Source of the DNA: Chrysomallon squamiferum
Taxonomy: Eukaryota > Animalia > Mollusca
Length of the DNA stretch: 64,000 bases
Reading direction: 5' to 3'
NCBI GenBank assembly: GCA_012295275.1
Contig: CM022668.1
Location: 1,488,001-1,552,000 of the forward strand
The notes under the pieces were generated by a model. That model saw only the letters and a list, made by a program, of their open reading frames with translations. It was not told the origin of the DNA and did not search any database. Position 1 is the first letter of the stretch. The number at the start of each line of letters is the position of its first letter. Of the stretch, positions 49,812 through 58,490 are shown in pieces. A program made the position numbers and the translations under genes.

Positions 49812-51060
49812 ATACTACTACTACTATTACTACTACTACTGCTATTACTACTACTGCTACTACTACTACTACTATAAATTATATTATTATTGTTGTTGTT
49901 ATTATTATTATTATTATTATTATCATCATCATCATCATCATTATCATCATTTCGTTATCTGACACAAGTTTGTCTAAACATTTATTATGTTTATTATTAA
50001 AAAATTTTTTGTGACACTTTTCTGTAACATATAATTAATTTTTCTGGAATGGAGTCCACACAACAGTTTTATACAACCACTTCATTTTGTGAATCATTTG
50101 GTACCACTGAATATGCCATTTTAAATTTTAATTAACAAATAATCAGACAGAATCATTCTACATTTTAAAATATCTGTTTACCAAACCGTGTCACATATTT
50201 GAAATAATTATGAAATATGTTTTTTTTTAATGCTTGGCTGGTTTTGAACAGGTGACTAATAAAAGATAGACACATGCGAAATGTATGCGAAAAATTCTGT
50301 CAAACTGAATAATTTAGTTTTAATGTCTTTTCCATTTGAGTAACAAAACAGTGGTAAGATTTTGTTATTTAAATTTAGTTTCGTTCACAGTTTAGAATAT
50401 AAAAATAGATAGTAAAAAAATAATAAAAACAGCAACTGTTAAAACTGTTACAGAACAGTCAAACACTCCTACATGTTAGTGACAAAGAATAATTCTATTA
50501 AAATTAAATAAATAAAATTAAATAAAACAAAATACAATGAAATAGAAAATAAAAAATAAATAAAAATAAATTAATTAATTAGTTTACCTCCAAGCACTGG
50601 AAATCTTTTTCTGTATTTTCATATTCTTTGGTATGACCCTGAAAAAAATATTTATATAAACTGTTTATAACTGACTGATTTTGAAAACCCTTTTTCTTTA
50701 TTTATTTTTGTTATAACTGCATTATAATGATCACACTTTCACTAATTATATCACAAACTCAGTCATTCAGGAAAATTTTCTAATTGTCAATACACAATAA
50801 GATCAAAATGAAACAGTGATCCTTTCATTTTCACACACCTGCAGTGTTACTGGTCACAGAAAACAGTAAGCAATTAGAAACAGTAAGATGGAGGGTATGT
50901 GAAATATTTAAATTAGAAAAACTTGACTTACTCGTTTCTTTTTTATGTGATCAAGTTCTTTTTTAATTTCCTTCACGTCAGCTGTCAGACTGTGGAGGTC
51001 GTCCAGCTGCTGTTGAATTGCTGTGTAATTCTGTGAAAATGGGCTTTCTCGAATTAGTTT
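6854..51060 (-). CDS. MACF1: Spectraplakin (MACF1/dystonin/Shot-like), 49 exons in window, about 3448 aa, 5'-incomplete
   Basis: Phase-consistent GT-AG exon chain. Plakin/SH3 motifs ([19 protein letters not shown]), plectin repeats ([19 protein letters not shown]), spectrin repeats, EF-hand [15 protein letters not shown] motif [11 protein letters not shown]...NDPCR. The symbol denotes family, not proven orthology. Confidence 0.93.
8307..8417 (-). CDS. MACF1: Spectraplakin tail exon ([16 protein letters not shown]...KPEF)
   Basis: tttcag acceptor, G|gtaggt donor, 111 nt, phase 1-1. Confidence 0.8.
9644..9823 (-). CDS. MACF1: Spectraplakin exon after GAR ([15 protein letters not shown]...)
   Basis: Matches the conserved DPCR-AKGRTN junction; 180 nt. 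Confidence 0.88.
9961..10105. repeat. (AAAT)n/(AAAAT)n microsatellite
   Basis: Seen directly. Confidence 0.95.
11578..11695 (-). CDS. MACF1: Spectraplakin GAR domain exon 2 ([25 protein letters not shown]...NDPCR)
   Basis: GAS2/GAR signature; 118 nt. Confidence 0.95.
13082..13222 (-). CDS. MACF1: Spectraplakin GAR domain exon 1 (...[18 protein letters not shown]...EGKYK)
   Basis: CxC motif of GAR; 141 nt. Confidence 0.92.
13557..13660 (-). CDS. MACF1: Spectraplakin EF-hand 2 exon
   Basis: [34 protein letters not shown]; 104 nt. Confidence 0.92.
13857..14019 (-). CDS. MACF1: Spectraplakin EF-hand 1 exon
   Basis: [14 protein letters not shown]...[13 protein letters not shown]; 163 nt. Confidence 0.93.
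14308..14440 (-). CDS. MACF1: Spectraplakin exon, end of last spectrin repeat
   Basis: [28 protein letters not shown]; 133 nt. Confidence 0.92.
14751..14839 (-). CDS. MACF1: Spectraplakin spectrin-repeat exon
   Basis: [16 protein letters not shown]...; 89 nt, GT-AG. Confidence 0.9.
15109..15297 (-). CDS. MACF1: Spectraplakin spectrin-repeat exon
   Basis: [16 protein letters not shown]...LEELLAWL...KEHL; 189 nt. Confidence 0.92.
15513..15656 (-). CDS. MACF1: Spectraplakin spectrin-repeat exon
   Basis: KFQEGL...CHPNAV...TRWDQ; 144 nt. Confidence 0.92.
15894..16019 (-). CDS. MACF1: Spectraplakin spectrin-repeat exon
   Basis: AEEFQEVV...[10 protein letters not shown]...RHE; 126 nt. Confidence 0.92.
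16259..16420 (-). CDS. MACF1: Spectraplakin spectrin-repeat exon
   Basis: [10 protein letters not shown]...LWDRV...RLRNALTL; 162 nt, aag acceptor. Confidence 0.88.
16778..16937 (-). CDS. MACF1: Spectraplakin spectrin-repeat exon (phase-2 acceptor)
   Basis: QNKLDEALL...LLEWL...[12 protein letters not shown]...QHR; 160 nt. Confidence 0.92.
18341..18390. promoter_or_regulatory. Putative intronic core promoter: CCAAT box plus YY1-type motif
   Basis: AGCCAATC (CCAAT at 18345-18349) and AAGATGGCG at 18376-18384 in a CpG-retaining segment. Confidence 0.4.
21567..21652 (-). CDS. Candidate alternative first coding exon of spectraplakin ([28 protein letters not shown])
   Basis: GAAATG start, AAG|gtaact donor in phase 2 matching the 16937 acceptor; CpG-rich context. 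Confidence 0.55.
22045..22220. repeat. (TTG)n/(TTA)n compound microsatellite
   Basis: Seen directly. Confidence 0.95.
23858..24062. repeat. About 60-bp TG-rich minisatellite, about 3 copies
   Basis: Repeated aggtatatatttgtgtatatgagtatgtg(c/t)aagttttgtgtgtg. Confidence 0.85.
24202..24374 (-). CDS. MACF1: Spectraplakin spectrin-repeat exon
   Basis: [13 protein letters not shown]...LKNKWNSV...; 173 nt, ends in phase 2. Confidence 0.92.
27250..27410. mobile_element. Degenerate SINE-like interspersed repeat fragment
   Basis: ggctattctttt...agcaaaaag...ttttatatagactttcccatagactggaaa resembles, from memory only, an abundant gastropod SINE; unverified. Confidence 0.3.
27879..27998 (-). CDS. MACF1: Spectraplakin spectrin-repeat exon
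   Basis: [12 protein letters not shown]...IDQLK; 120 nt. Confidence 0.92.
28284..28490 (-). CDS. MACF1: Spectraplakin spectrin-repeat exon
   Basis: [24 protein letters not shown] (conserved MACF motif); 207 nt. Confidence 0.94.
28802..28957 (-). CDS. MACF1: Spectraplakin spectrin-repeat exon
   Basis: EKMEEHL...FTDWLNNAE...QIESHN; 156 nt. Confidence 0.92.
29210..29380 (-). CDS. MACF1: Spectraplakin spectrin-repeat exon
   Basis: ERTKELE...LRDRWQ...KRK; 171 nt. Confidence 0.92.
29795..29923 (-). CDS. MACF1: Spectraplakin spectrin-repeat exon
   Basis: TKKYLGG...QWI...[15 protein letters not shown]; 129 nt. Confidence 0.88.
30225..30419 (-). CDS. MACF1: Spectraplakin spectrin-repeat exon
   Basis: LIQADIRNQ...KLQETLRQ; 195 nt. 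Confidence 0.9.
30803..30958 (-). CDS. MACF1: Spectraplakin spectrin-repeat exon
   Basis: [12 protein letters not shown]...VRGDPKFLE...KLQ; 156 nt. Confidence 0.9.
31202..31369 (-). CDS. MACF1: Spectraplakin spectrin-repeat exon
   Basis: LFKSQVHP...NEKWNEL...AERE; 168 nt. Confidence 0.92.
31821..31922 (-). CDS. MACF1: Spectraplakin spectrin-repeat exon
   Basis: [10 protein letters not shown]...[13 protein letters not shown]; 102 nt. Confidence 0.9.
32354..32578 (-). CDS. MACF1: Spectraplakin spectrin-repeat exon
   Basis: GIKKELE...[14 protein letters not shown]...FQHLLE; 225 nt. Confidence 0.92.
32992..33224 (-). CDS. MACF1: Spectraplakin spectrin-repeat exon
   Basis: EDIRSKV...SEKFY...[19 protein letters not shown]; 233 nt. 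Confidence 0.92.
33688..33787 (-). CDS. MACF1: Spectraplakin spectrin-repeat exon
   Basis: [11 protein letters not shown]...DDPAE; 100 nt. Confidence 0.88.
34113..34232 (-). CDS. MACF1: Spectraplakin spectrin-repeat exon
   Basis: [11 protein letters not shown]...[17 protein letters not shown]; 120 nt. Confidence 0.9.
34395..34604 (-). CDS. MACF1: Spectraplakin spectrin-repeat exon
   Basis: [26 protein letters not shown]...RYESLK; 210 nt (an in-frame acceptor 9 nt downstream is also possible). Confidence 0.88.
35069..35395 (-). CDS. MACF1: Spectraplakin spectrin-repeat exon
   Basis: SFNEDL...[16 protein letters not shown]...AWLDEME; 327 nt. Confidence 0.93.
35535..35775. repeat. 44-45-bp minisatellite (about 5 copies) spanning a spectraplakin exon/intron donor
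   Basis: Unit ctgtgatctttaagctgtactgtgagtattttgtaaaacttaca; aaaactta at 35564, 35608, 35652, 35696, 35741. Confidence 0.93.
35750..35869 (-). CDS. MACF1: Spectraplakin spectrin-repeat exon (phase-0 acceptor)
   Basis: [12 protein letters not shown]...[17 protein letters not shown]; 120 nt. Confidence 0.9.
36382..36498 (-). CDS. Candidate alternative first coding exon ([39 protein letters not shown])
   Basis: AAAATG start, CAG|gtttgt phase-0 donor matching the 35869 acceptor. Confidence 0.4.
36860..37075. repeat. Degenerate about 29-bp minisatellite (core ttacaccatgtaataa)
   Basis: Core recurs about 7 times. Confidence 0.75.
37905..39011 (-). CDS. MACF1: Spectraplakin large spectrin-repeat exon (369 aa)
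   Basis: DFEREVDG...QQVSLE; 1107 nt, GT-AG. Confidence 0.94.
39213..39296 (-). CDS. MACF1: Spectraplakin spectrin-repeat exon
   Basis: [13 protein letters not shown]...FRDNSQ; 84 nt. Confidence 0.88.
39601..39710. repeat. (TAT)n microsatellite
   Basis: Seen directly. Confidence 0.95.
39983..40156 (-). CDS. MACF1: Spectraplakin spectrin-repeat exon
   Basis: ASTEAG...LENLDVWMD...SAFK; 174 nt. Confidence 0.9.
40384..40548 (-). CDS. MACF1: Spectraplakin spectrin-repeat exon
   Basis: [13 protein letters not shown]...LKVRFDA; 165 nt. Confidence 0.9.
41108..43508 (-). CDS. MACF1: Spectraplakin giant plectin (plakin)-repeat exon, 800 aa
   Basis: Many G-x-x-D-P-x-[ST]-G-E-x-[IM]-S-[LV]-x-[ED]-A-I-x-x-G-[LI]-I units; 2401 nt; tttcag acceptor, AAA|gtaagt donor. 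Confidence 0.95.
43990..44111 (-). CDS. MACF1: Spectraplakin exon ([10 protein letters not shown]...AYFE)
   Basis: 122 nt, phase 0 to 2, joins the giant exon in frame. Confidence 0.8.
44517..44587 (-). CDS. MACF1: Spectraplakin exon ([24 protein letters not shown])
   Basis: 71 nt, phase 1 to 0, GT-AG. Confidence 0.78.
45178..45334 (-). CDS. MACF1: Spectraplakin exon (FKGLSTNQ...SQTIP)
   Basis: 157 nt, phase 0 to 1. Confidence 0.8.
45607..45712 (-). CDS. MACF1: Spectraplakin plakin-domain exon after SH3 (LRCQLYVNW...SRE)
   Basis: 106 nt, phase 2 to 0; weak gttact donor. Confidence 0.75.
46126..46217 (-). CDS. MACF1: Plakin SH3 exon ([23 protein letters not shown]...)
   Basis: Plakin SH3 signature; 92 nt. 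Confidence 0.92.
46221..46638. repeat. 63-bp minisatellite, about 6.5 near-identical copies, abutting the SH3 exon acceptor
   Basis: Unit caacacagagaaataaaacac(a/g)taaaacagtgttcagttctcaccttcagtacaaacagtttt. Confidence 0.95.
46771..46833 (-). CDS. MACF1: Plakin SH3 exon ([21 protein letters not shown])
   Basis: GEEC.L.DNS...W signature; 63 nt. Confidence 0.92.
47115..47261 (-). CDS. MACF1: Plakin-domain exon (...[18 protein letters not shown]...ALVNYQHQQ)
   Basis: 147 nt; spectrin-repeat to SH3 transition motif. Confidence 0.9.
47809..47931 (-). CDS. MACF1: Plakin-domain exon (FHHDVRHL...NHFR)
   Basis: 123 nt, GT-AG. Confidence 0.85.
47951..48070. repeat. 42-bp tandem repeat, about 3 copies
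   Basis: aacaaaaaccataaatacagacagtctagatgtaagattcca. Confidence 0.9.
48535..48630 (-). CDS. MACF1: Plakin-domain exon ([32 protein letters not shown])
   Basis: W.WL..L..C...HL plakin motif; 96 nt. Confidence 0.92.
48999..49109 (-). CDS. MACF1: Plakin-domain exon ([13 protein letters not shown]...MHK)
   Basis: 111 nt, phase 0-0; donor position less certain. Confidence 0.72.
49262..49333 (-). CDS. MACF1: Plakin-domain exon ([24 protein letters not shown])
   Basis: 72 nt; CAG|gtttgt donor. Confidence 0.78.
49331..49875. repeat. 276-bp tandem duplication (about 65-bp unique head plus (CTA)n microsatellite), 2 copies
   Basis: gtcctg(t/c)aagtaacaacaacacttag...actgactccagactca at 49331 and 49607, each followed by (CTA)n. 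Confidence 0.92.
50588..50638 (-). CDS. MACF1: Plakin-domain exon ([17 protein letters not shown])
   Basis: 51 nt, GT-AG. Confidence 0.75.
50932..51060 (-). CDS. MACF1: Plakin-domain exon ([12 protein letters not shown]...IKKKR), most 5' exon found
   Basis: poly-T-cag acceptor, CGA|gtaagt donor; 129 nt. Confidence 0.82.
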
Positions 51061-52276
51061 CTGAAAAAAAAAAAACGTGTATTAGGGACAAAATTTAAAA
51101 TATATACAAATACAGAACCAAACAAACAGAAGCTTATACATGACTTTAAGAGAACATACTCTCATTTTTTTTATCTACATACACACACATATATGTATGT
51201 ATATATACATATATATGAGACACATACATTTTATTTTATATATACATATATATATATACACACACACACACATACATACACATATATACAAATATGCACA
51301 TGTATATACATATATATACATAAAAATATCCAAAAACATCAGCACATGTATAAGCATTTACATGTACATAGTTGATTCAAGGACACATTCATTTACCAAG
51401 AGTTCCTGCATTAGAAATGATCTGTTTATGTAAATGTAAGTGTACTGAGTTTATACTGTAACATCTGTCTCCTACTGAATTATTAAAATATTTGTATTAT
51501 TTTTAAATGTAGAAGAACTAAATGTGATATAAATACAGACGCAAACGATGTCAACAACAGTATCAAAATTAAAAATTAAAAGAAAATGGATGTTTCTTAG
51601 AATAATAAATCTGACAATGCTTTTTAAAGACATTTATGACTGGATGTGTTTGTAACATATTAATATGACAGTTTCTCTGTTGGTGTTAGAATCACAGAGA
51701 GAAGACAGATGAGGTAATAACAAACAATCTCTAGTACATACACTCATGTTTATTAAGAAAATACAGAAACAGGCAGACAAATACAAAAAAATTATTTTGA
51801 GCAAAGAAAACTTTATGAAGGCTGTCTGTCTTACAGTTTGTGTTTACAACAACAACAACAACAACAATAAACAAAATAAAATGTAAGAACCTAGTAAAAG
51901 GAGAAGTATCTTTCAGATCAGTGCAAAAAGGAAAACCCCTAAGCACTTAAAGCAAGTTTTTTACTGTACCAAAGTTTGAGTATAAACATATTTGACCCAA
52001 TAACTGATACTTGAGAGGTTATATAAGTTATTTATTACATTCCATACAATACCATAATTACACACACAGTACAAATAAAGTAACTCAGTTTTTATTTGCC
52101 TGGGGAGTAAAGGTTAACAGTGTTCTTTGCGTCTCTGTTTAAATGGCCTGACAAAGTCAACATGTTTAAGATCATAACAAACAAGATGACAGGCCACAAA
52201 TACAGAATTCTAAAAATACTGTTAGAAAAACTGTATATTGTGACGTCCATCTGTGTTATACCATACCTCTCATTTG

Positions 52277-52790
52277 AAATGTTTCCTTGTACTTCAAATT
52301 TTAAATGTTTCCTTGTACTTCAAATTTTAAGTTTTTCCTTGTACTACAAATTTTAAATGCTTCCTTGTCCTTCAAATTTTAAATGTTTCCATGAACTTCA
52401 AATTTTAAATGTTTCCATGAACTGCAAATTTTAAGTGTTTTCTTGTTCTTGAAATTTTAAATGTTTCCATGTACTTCAAATTTTAAGTGTTTCCGTGTAC
52501 TTCAAATTCTAAGTGTTTTCTTGTTCTTCAAATTTTAAGTTTTTCCATGTACTTCAAATTTTAAGTGTTTTCATGTTCTTCAAATTTTAAATGTTTCCTT
52601 GTACAACAAATTTTAAGTGTTTTCATGTTCTTCAAATTTTAAATGTTTCCTTGTACAACAAATTTTAAATGTTTCCTTGTACAACAAATTTTAAGTGTTT
52701 CCATCTATTTCAAATTTTATATATTTCCTTGCGCTTCAAATTTAAAATGATTCCTTCAACTTGAAATTTTAAATATTTCCTTGTACAATG
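52277..52790. repeat. 26-27-bp minisatellite, about 19-20 copies
   Basis: Unit aaatgtttccttgtacttcaaatttt with variants. Confidence 0.93.
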
Positions 52791-53141
52791 TTTCTCTCTG
52801 TTTAAATGTAATTTTTTTTTTTTTTTTTTATTATAGAAATATGCTGTAATGATGATTTTCAGGGTTTTTTGCTGTCTGAGCACATTTTAGTAACATGGGT
52901 TTACCTGTTGTCATTGAGGTGAGATCTAGATAGCAGGGTTCTAGAATTACACAACCTTAGGCAAGTCAGAAATGGAGCACTAGGTGTAATGGTAAACAGC
53001 CCATTTAGTGTACAAGTTGAGAAATAATACATTTTAAGTAATGATACAATATTAAGGAATGATTCAAGGTTAAGAAATGATGCAGTGTTAAGAAATAATA
53101 AATAAAACAAATTGATATACAATATAATGCTAAGAAAAGAT

Positions 53142-53476
53142 ACATTGTTAAGAAATAAATGCTGTGTTAAGAAACTGTTCATTTTTAACACTGTTCATTC
53201 TGTATCGTTTCTTAACAAAGTTAAGAGGTTAAGATATGATATAATATTAAGAAATGCCTGCTTTCAATACAGCCAATTTGTTACCTTTAAATTTTTACTA
53301 AAATTTAACATTTTTTTTCAAGTTTTCTCACAATCAATGTGTATCTGCAATGTGTTTGTTTGTGTGTATATGTGTATACAGGTTTGTATCTGTTGTGTAT
53401 ATGTGTATATAGGATGTGGATCTGTATATATACAGGATATGGATGTGTGTGTCTATATGTATATATAGGATGTGGA

Positions 53477-53521
<45 letters not shown>

Positions 53522-53592
53522 ATGAGGATTGATTGTACTAATAAAAAGTATTTATTCACTATCCATAATTACATACACATAGGCAGCACTAA
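53142..53592 (+). repeat. Dispersed repeat copy A (about 450 bp), similar to 58071-58490
   Basis: Shared ttaagaaataaatgctgt, tgatataatattaagaaa, tttgttacctttaaatttt, aataaaa(a)gtatttattcactat. Confidence 0.85.
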
Positions 53593-55284
53593 TAATATTT
53601 AAATACCAGTGGGACAACAATAAATAATAAAAATATGTACAAAAGAAATCCAATATAGCCAGAGCTGTTCAGAGTAATAAAATCTAGACAAATAAAACAA
53701 TACAAACCCAGTTAAGTACTGATCGTCATGAGTCACAGTGTAAAAAACAGAGATTACACTTTATTCTGGATGTATGACTAGCAAATCTTAAACATTTCAG
53801 AGTTATTGTCAGGAAAATAAGTTTAACCCCTGATGTTAGTTTTTATCACCTTTCTTGTTTCAAAAATCAAACAACACACATGTATATAAATGTATTTTCC
53901 ATATTATTATTACATTATATACCAAGAAACATTAAAAATTAAACTGTAATAGAAGTATTTGATTACATAAGTGTACTGATTTGTTATTACACCAGGAATA
54001 TAAATGACTACTGGATTATTAGACAATCTCATGAGTGAGAGAGAGAGAGGATGAAAATGAGTGAGAAACAGACAGACTGGTTTTATAAAACTTGTTCCCG
54101 CTATTTATATGATCCTGTAGAACAATCTGCATAATTCTTCTGTCCAGCTAACAGTTGATCGTGTACTAAAATCACTGACTGAGAGAGAGCAATCCAATGC
54201 ACCACAGACTGCTCTCACAGTTCAGTTCTGCTTGGACAGTGAAAAGTCTCACACACATTTATCAACAGCTAATAAATTTATCAACTGTTTAGTTTGGGCT
54301 GTGACCCAGAAATGACAGGTTTTTCTCAAGTAGGGTGGCTGTTTGACAAAACAGAAAGTATTTGAAACCTGCGATATCTGTTATCAATAGTGTAGAAAAT
54401 AGCATCAGCAGATAAAAGATAAAAACACAAAGAAAACAACTGATTCTGTTTCTTTTCATACTTCACTTATTTCTAACTGTATGACACTAAAAATTCTGAT
54501 AAAACTGTTGGGGGAGTTTTTTCATTTAGGAATGTTGTGAATCATGTATCTGATTTATGAACTCAGGCTTAGTAGTTAAGCAGATTAGTTAGTTAATACA
54601 GAGAACATGTACAGTGTGTAATCCACTGTAACATAGATACATTGATATATTTAAACTTGTTATTAAAATTTTTACTTTTTTTCTTCACTAAATTCATTTT
54701 CTGAATTTATTATCTGATATTTTTTGACAGTGAGCCTTTGTTTCATAGCTTTATGTGGCTGAGCAGTATTCGTTGTTGTTTCTGGGTTGTTTTTTAGTTA
54801 TTAATTAATCAATCTAATAAAAAAATGTTGCACGAAAGTACACATTCTGATACTTACTGTAAAACAGAACTATGATATGACTGCTATAAAAAAAAAAAAA
54901 ACATTTATATATTACTATTGTTAGACGGTACGAAATATATACTGAATATGTACATGCAGATGCATACTATATAAAAAAATAATAACAGTTAAAAAAAAAA
55001 GAAGAGAAAAATAGTGCAATTAAAAATATGGGTAATAAATTGTTGTATATCTGTCAGAATGACAAGTCAGTTCTTTACAGATATGAATATTTTTCACATC
55101 ACAGATGTCTGCTGTTTCGTGACTGACTCGCAGGTGAAAATTAATGGCCCATTAAGACAGTGAGACACCAAGCCTAACATGAAACAATTCCCTGTCTGAG
55201 CTGTAAACTCATCAAGCTACAAGAACGCTACTGTCAGTGGTGAAAGTACACACTGAATAAAACTGTCATATTTAGATCAGAAGA

Positions 55285-55690
55285 GACGGCACCACCCTAA
55301 TTAGGAATTGTTAAAACATGATGTCATACGATTGCATCTTACATATGGATTAATAATGATGACGGAACCCTGAACAAGGATTGTTAAAATACATGACAGC
55401 TAAATAAGGATTATTAGCATATGACATCATCTTAAATGTAGACTTAACAAAATCTACACAGCACTAAATATTGACAACATCTTAAACAGGATTGTAAACC
55501 AGACGACATCACCTTAAACAGGGATTTTTAACATACGACAACCCTTTAAATAATCATTTCACAAACGACACCACCTTAAATGGGGACTCCTAACACAAGA
55601 TACCGATACGTTAAATAGGGATTGTTAACAAACATATTAAAAGGGATTGTTAACACGATACAACACTAAACAGGGACCATTAACATATCC
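55285..55690. repeat. Old degenerate about 30-bp minisatellite (core ttaaa(c/t)agggattgttaaca)
   Basis: Core variants recur about 10 times. Confidence 0.7.
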
Positions 55691-56234
55691 ACGTCCGTAG
55701 GGGGGGTGCGAGAGGTGCGTACATCCGTGGACATTGTAAAATAAAAAAATTAAAAATAATGATAATAAATAAAATTTCCTACGATGTGACTTGTACGAAG
55801 TTTTCGCAGTTATGTCGGGTCCCATGTCGGAATGCGCAGATGAAGTTTTCTGAATAATTTCGTTAATTTTTCCGCGTTCTGGCAGACGTTAACTTCATTA
55901 CCTCCCTTCCCAGTTAATTTCCAGAATACAGGAAAACGCATCTCCTATCTTCAAAATTGTCAAAAAAAGTTTCTCTTTAAAATTAAACTCATTGATCCAT
56001 ATCATATAGAAAACTGCAGCAGTTATAGTTAACAAATAAACTAACCAACAAACAAACAAATAAATAATTTAAAGTGAGTTTGCGAATATTTACAATATCC
56101 TATGGCTAACATTTCGAGTTTTTAGACTGGCTGTATACTTTTCTTCTTATATATATTTTTAACGATATTAGGATAATAACGGAAGTAACAATAACAAAAT
56201 AAAAAATAAAAAGTTGTAGGAAAAATAATAAATA

Positions 56235-56265
<31 letters not shown>

Positions 56266-56972
56266 AACCAAATAAATATTAAATAAGTCTGATTTTAATG
56301 TTGTTTTAGTGAACAAAACAACATTGTCTGTCAAACCGAATTGTGATTTTATGGCCGTGGGAAAAAAAAAAGAAGTTAAAAAAAAAATTGTTCAATACAA
56401 ATGCCATGACAACTAAAACATGCCAAGTGCAAACAAGACAGAAAAGCTATATTTAACTGTGAAAGAGCTGACTCTGAATGAACAAGTGAAAATAAATAAC
56501 CGCCTATCCCAAACTGCCGAGAATACCTGAAAACAGGTATTTGTGTATATAAATGAAATCAGTCTGAAAATTATCGAGTTGATCGACTAAAAATAGCTTT
56601 CTTATTAATTTATATACAAACACAACACATACGTACAGATGCACATATTTGACTATAAATTAATGACTGAATAGATAGATATATTAAATAATTATTTAAA
56701 TAATCGTAATTATGAAAGCAGTTCATTAAATACTGTTGACTTTAAATACAGATACAAATAATCAAAACGTCTGAAAAATCACGCAATATCGTCTGCTTAT
56801 ACTATTATAATTATAACGCAACAGTATACAATAGTAAATATATCAGAGTAAATAAAAATAAATAATAATAATTTTCTTTGTAAAATATATTATGTGAATT
56901 AATATTTAACAAATATATTATGTGAATTAATATTTAACAAATAACATACATACATACATACATACATATATA

Positions 56973-57192
56973 CCGGATGGCCCAAAAGTAGGTTTACAGT
57001 TATTACGTAGGCAATTTATTTTAATAAATCATAAATGAAAAGTTAGCTTTACAAAAATGAAATAAATTGCAAGCAGCAAGGAAAAAGTGTAACTCTAAGT
57101 TAGATCCGAGGAATATTTTGTGTTAATTGTACTTAGCAAGTAACTTCAAGTATATAAATAAATAACTGTACATCTACTTTGGGGCCACCCTG
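56973..57192. mobile_element. Tc1/mariner-superfamily MITE, 220 bp, about 32-bp imperfect TIRs, TA flanks
   Basis: Left ccggatggcccaaaagtaggtttacagttatt; reverse complement of right end cagggtggccccaaagtagatgtacagttatt; TA on both sides. Confidence 0.85.
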
Positions 57193-57807
57193 TATATATT
57201 TAAAATTGTGGACATAACGAAATAAAAAATCAAGCACAAATATTTCTATTTATTATGCCGCTGTAAACTAGGTACAAGTAATGTAGAATTTGATTTATAA
57301 TGATATTTTTTTACAATATTTGCAATTAAAATATGGATTTATAATTATTATTAATTTAATAATATTAATTATAATAATAACGATGACGATGGATATTTTC
57401 TTATGAGTCGTTACTATACAAATTCTAAAAGCACAGAACGCGCTAAATTTGACAGGTCTATACCAAATTCCGTATACCACGTCTGGGATGTTACCTCGTT
57501 CCTTGTGCTCCGTTACTCTATGTACCAACGGAACCTTTGACCCAAGGTGTGTCTCGTAGAGTGACACCTAACCAGGTGGGATGCAGAGAAGTGGGGCGTA
57601 CGTGACCGGATTATATACATCAGCACTGACATCAAGTTTTAAAGAAAGCGAAAACTAAATTCAAAATGTCTCTGGCAAGATAATGTAAATTTTCTACAGT
57701 AACACACACATGCAAAAAAGATATATATAGTCCTGGGAGGTTGAATTTGACAAAAGATATCCTTTAAAATTCTATTAATTCTTCAAACACTCTCATTACT
57801 ATTATGA

Positions 57808-57853
<46 letters not shown>

Positions 57854-57930
57854 GTATGTATGTATGTATATATGTGCATGTATGTGTATGTATAAAAACA
57901 ACAGAATTACAACAAAAAACATTATACCTA

Positions 57931-57964
<34 letters not shown>

Positions 57965-58070
57965 ATCTATGTATCTAAGTGTAAAGTAGTAAAAATATTT
58001 TGCTGTAACTAAATCTGTGAAGTGTATTTCAGACATGCAACTTCAGATACAGATACTGCCAAGGAAGGAC

Positions 58071-58490
58071 ACACTGTTAAGAAATAAATGCTGTTACGAA
58101 ACTGTATCATTTTCAACACGCTATCATTTCTTAACTCTGCATTTATTTCTTAACAAAGTTACCTTTAAGTTACAAAGTAAGAAATGATATAATATTAAGA
58201 AACGCCTGTTTTCAAAATAACCAGTTTGTTACCTTTAAATTTTCTATAAAACTTAACTCTTTTTTTCTTCAAGTTTTTTGACAATCAGTGTGTACTGCAA
58301 TGTTTGTGTTTGTATGTGTATATAGGAATTGGATATGTGTGTGTATACATGCATATAGGAACTGGATATGTGTGTGTAATTGAGTATACAGGGGTTTGTA
58401 TCTATGTTTGTGTGTGTTCATGAACACGTACTGAACTAATAAAAAGTATTTATTCACTATTCACAATTATACACACATGCAGCAGAACTA
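58071..58490 (+). repeat. Dispersed repeat copy B, similar to 53142-53592
   Basis: Same blocks in the same order and orientation. Confidence 0.85.

Noticed and set aside
52905-53010. Exon-like segment on - ending CAG|gtaaac
   Set aside because: The phase-0 frame needed to join 51060 contains TGA; at most non-coding, unsupported
57495-57567. 73-nt AG/GT-bounded exon-like segment on - (VSLYETHLGSKV...)
   Set aside because: Only open frame ends in phase 1, incompatible with the 51060 acceptor; no plakin similarity
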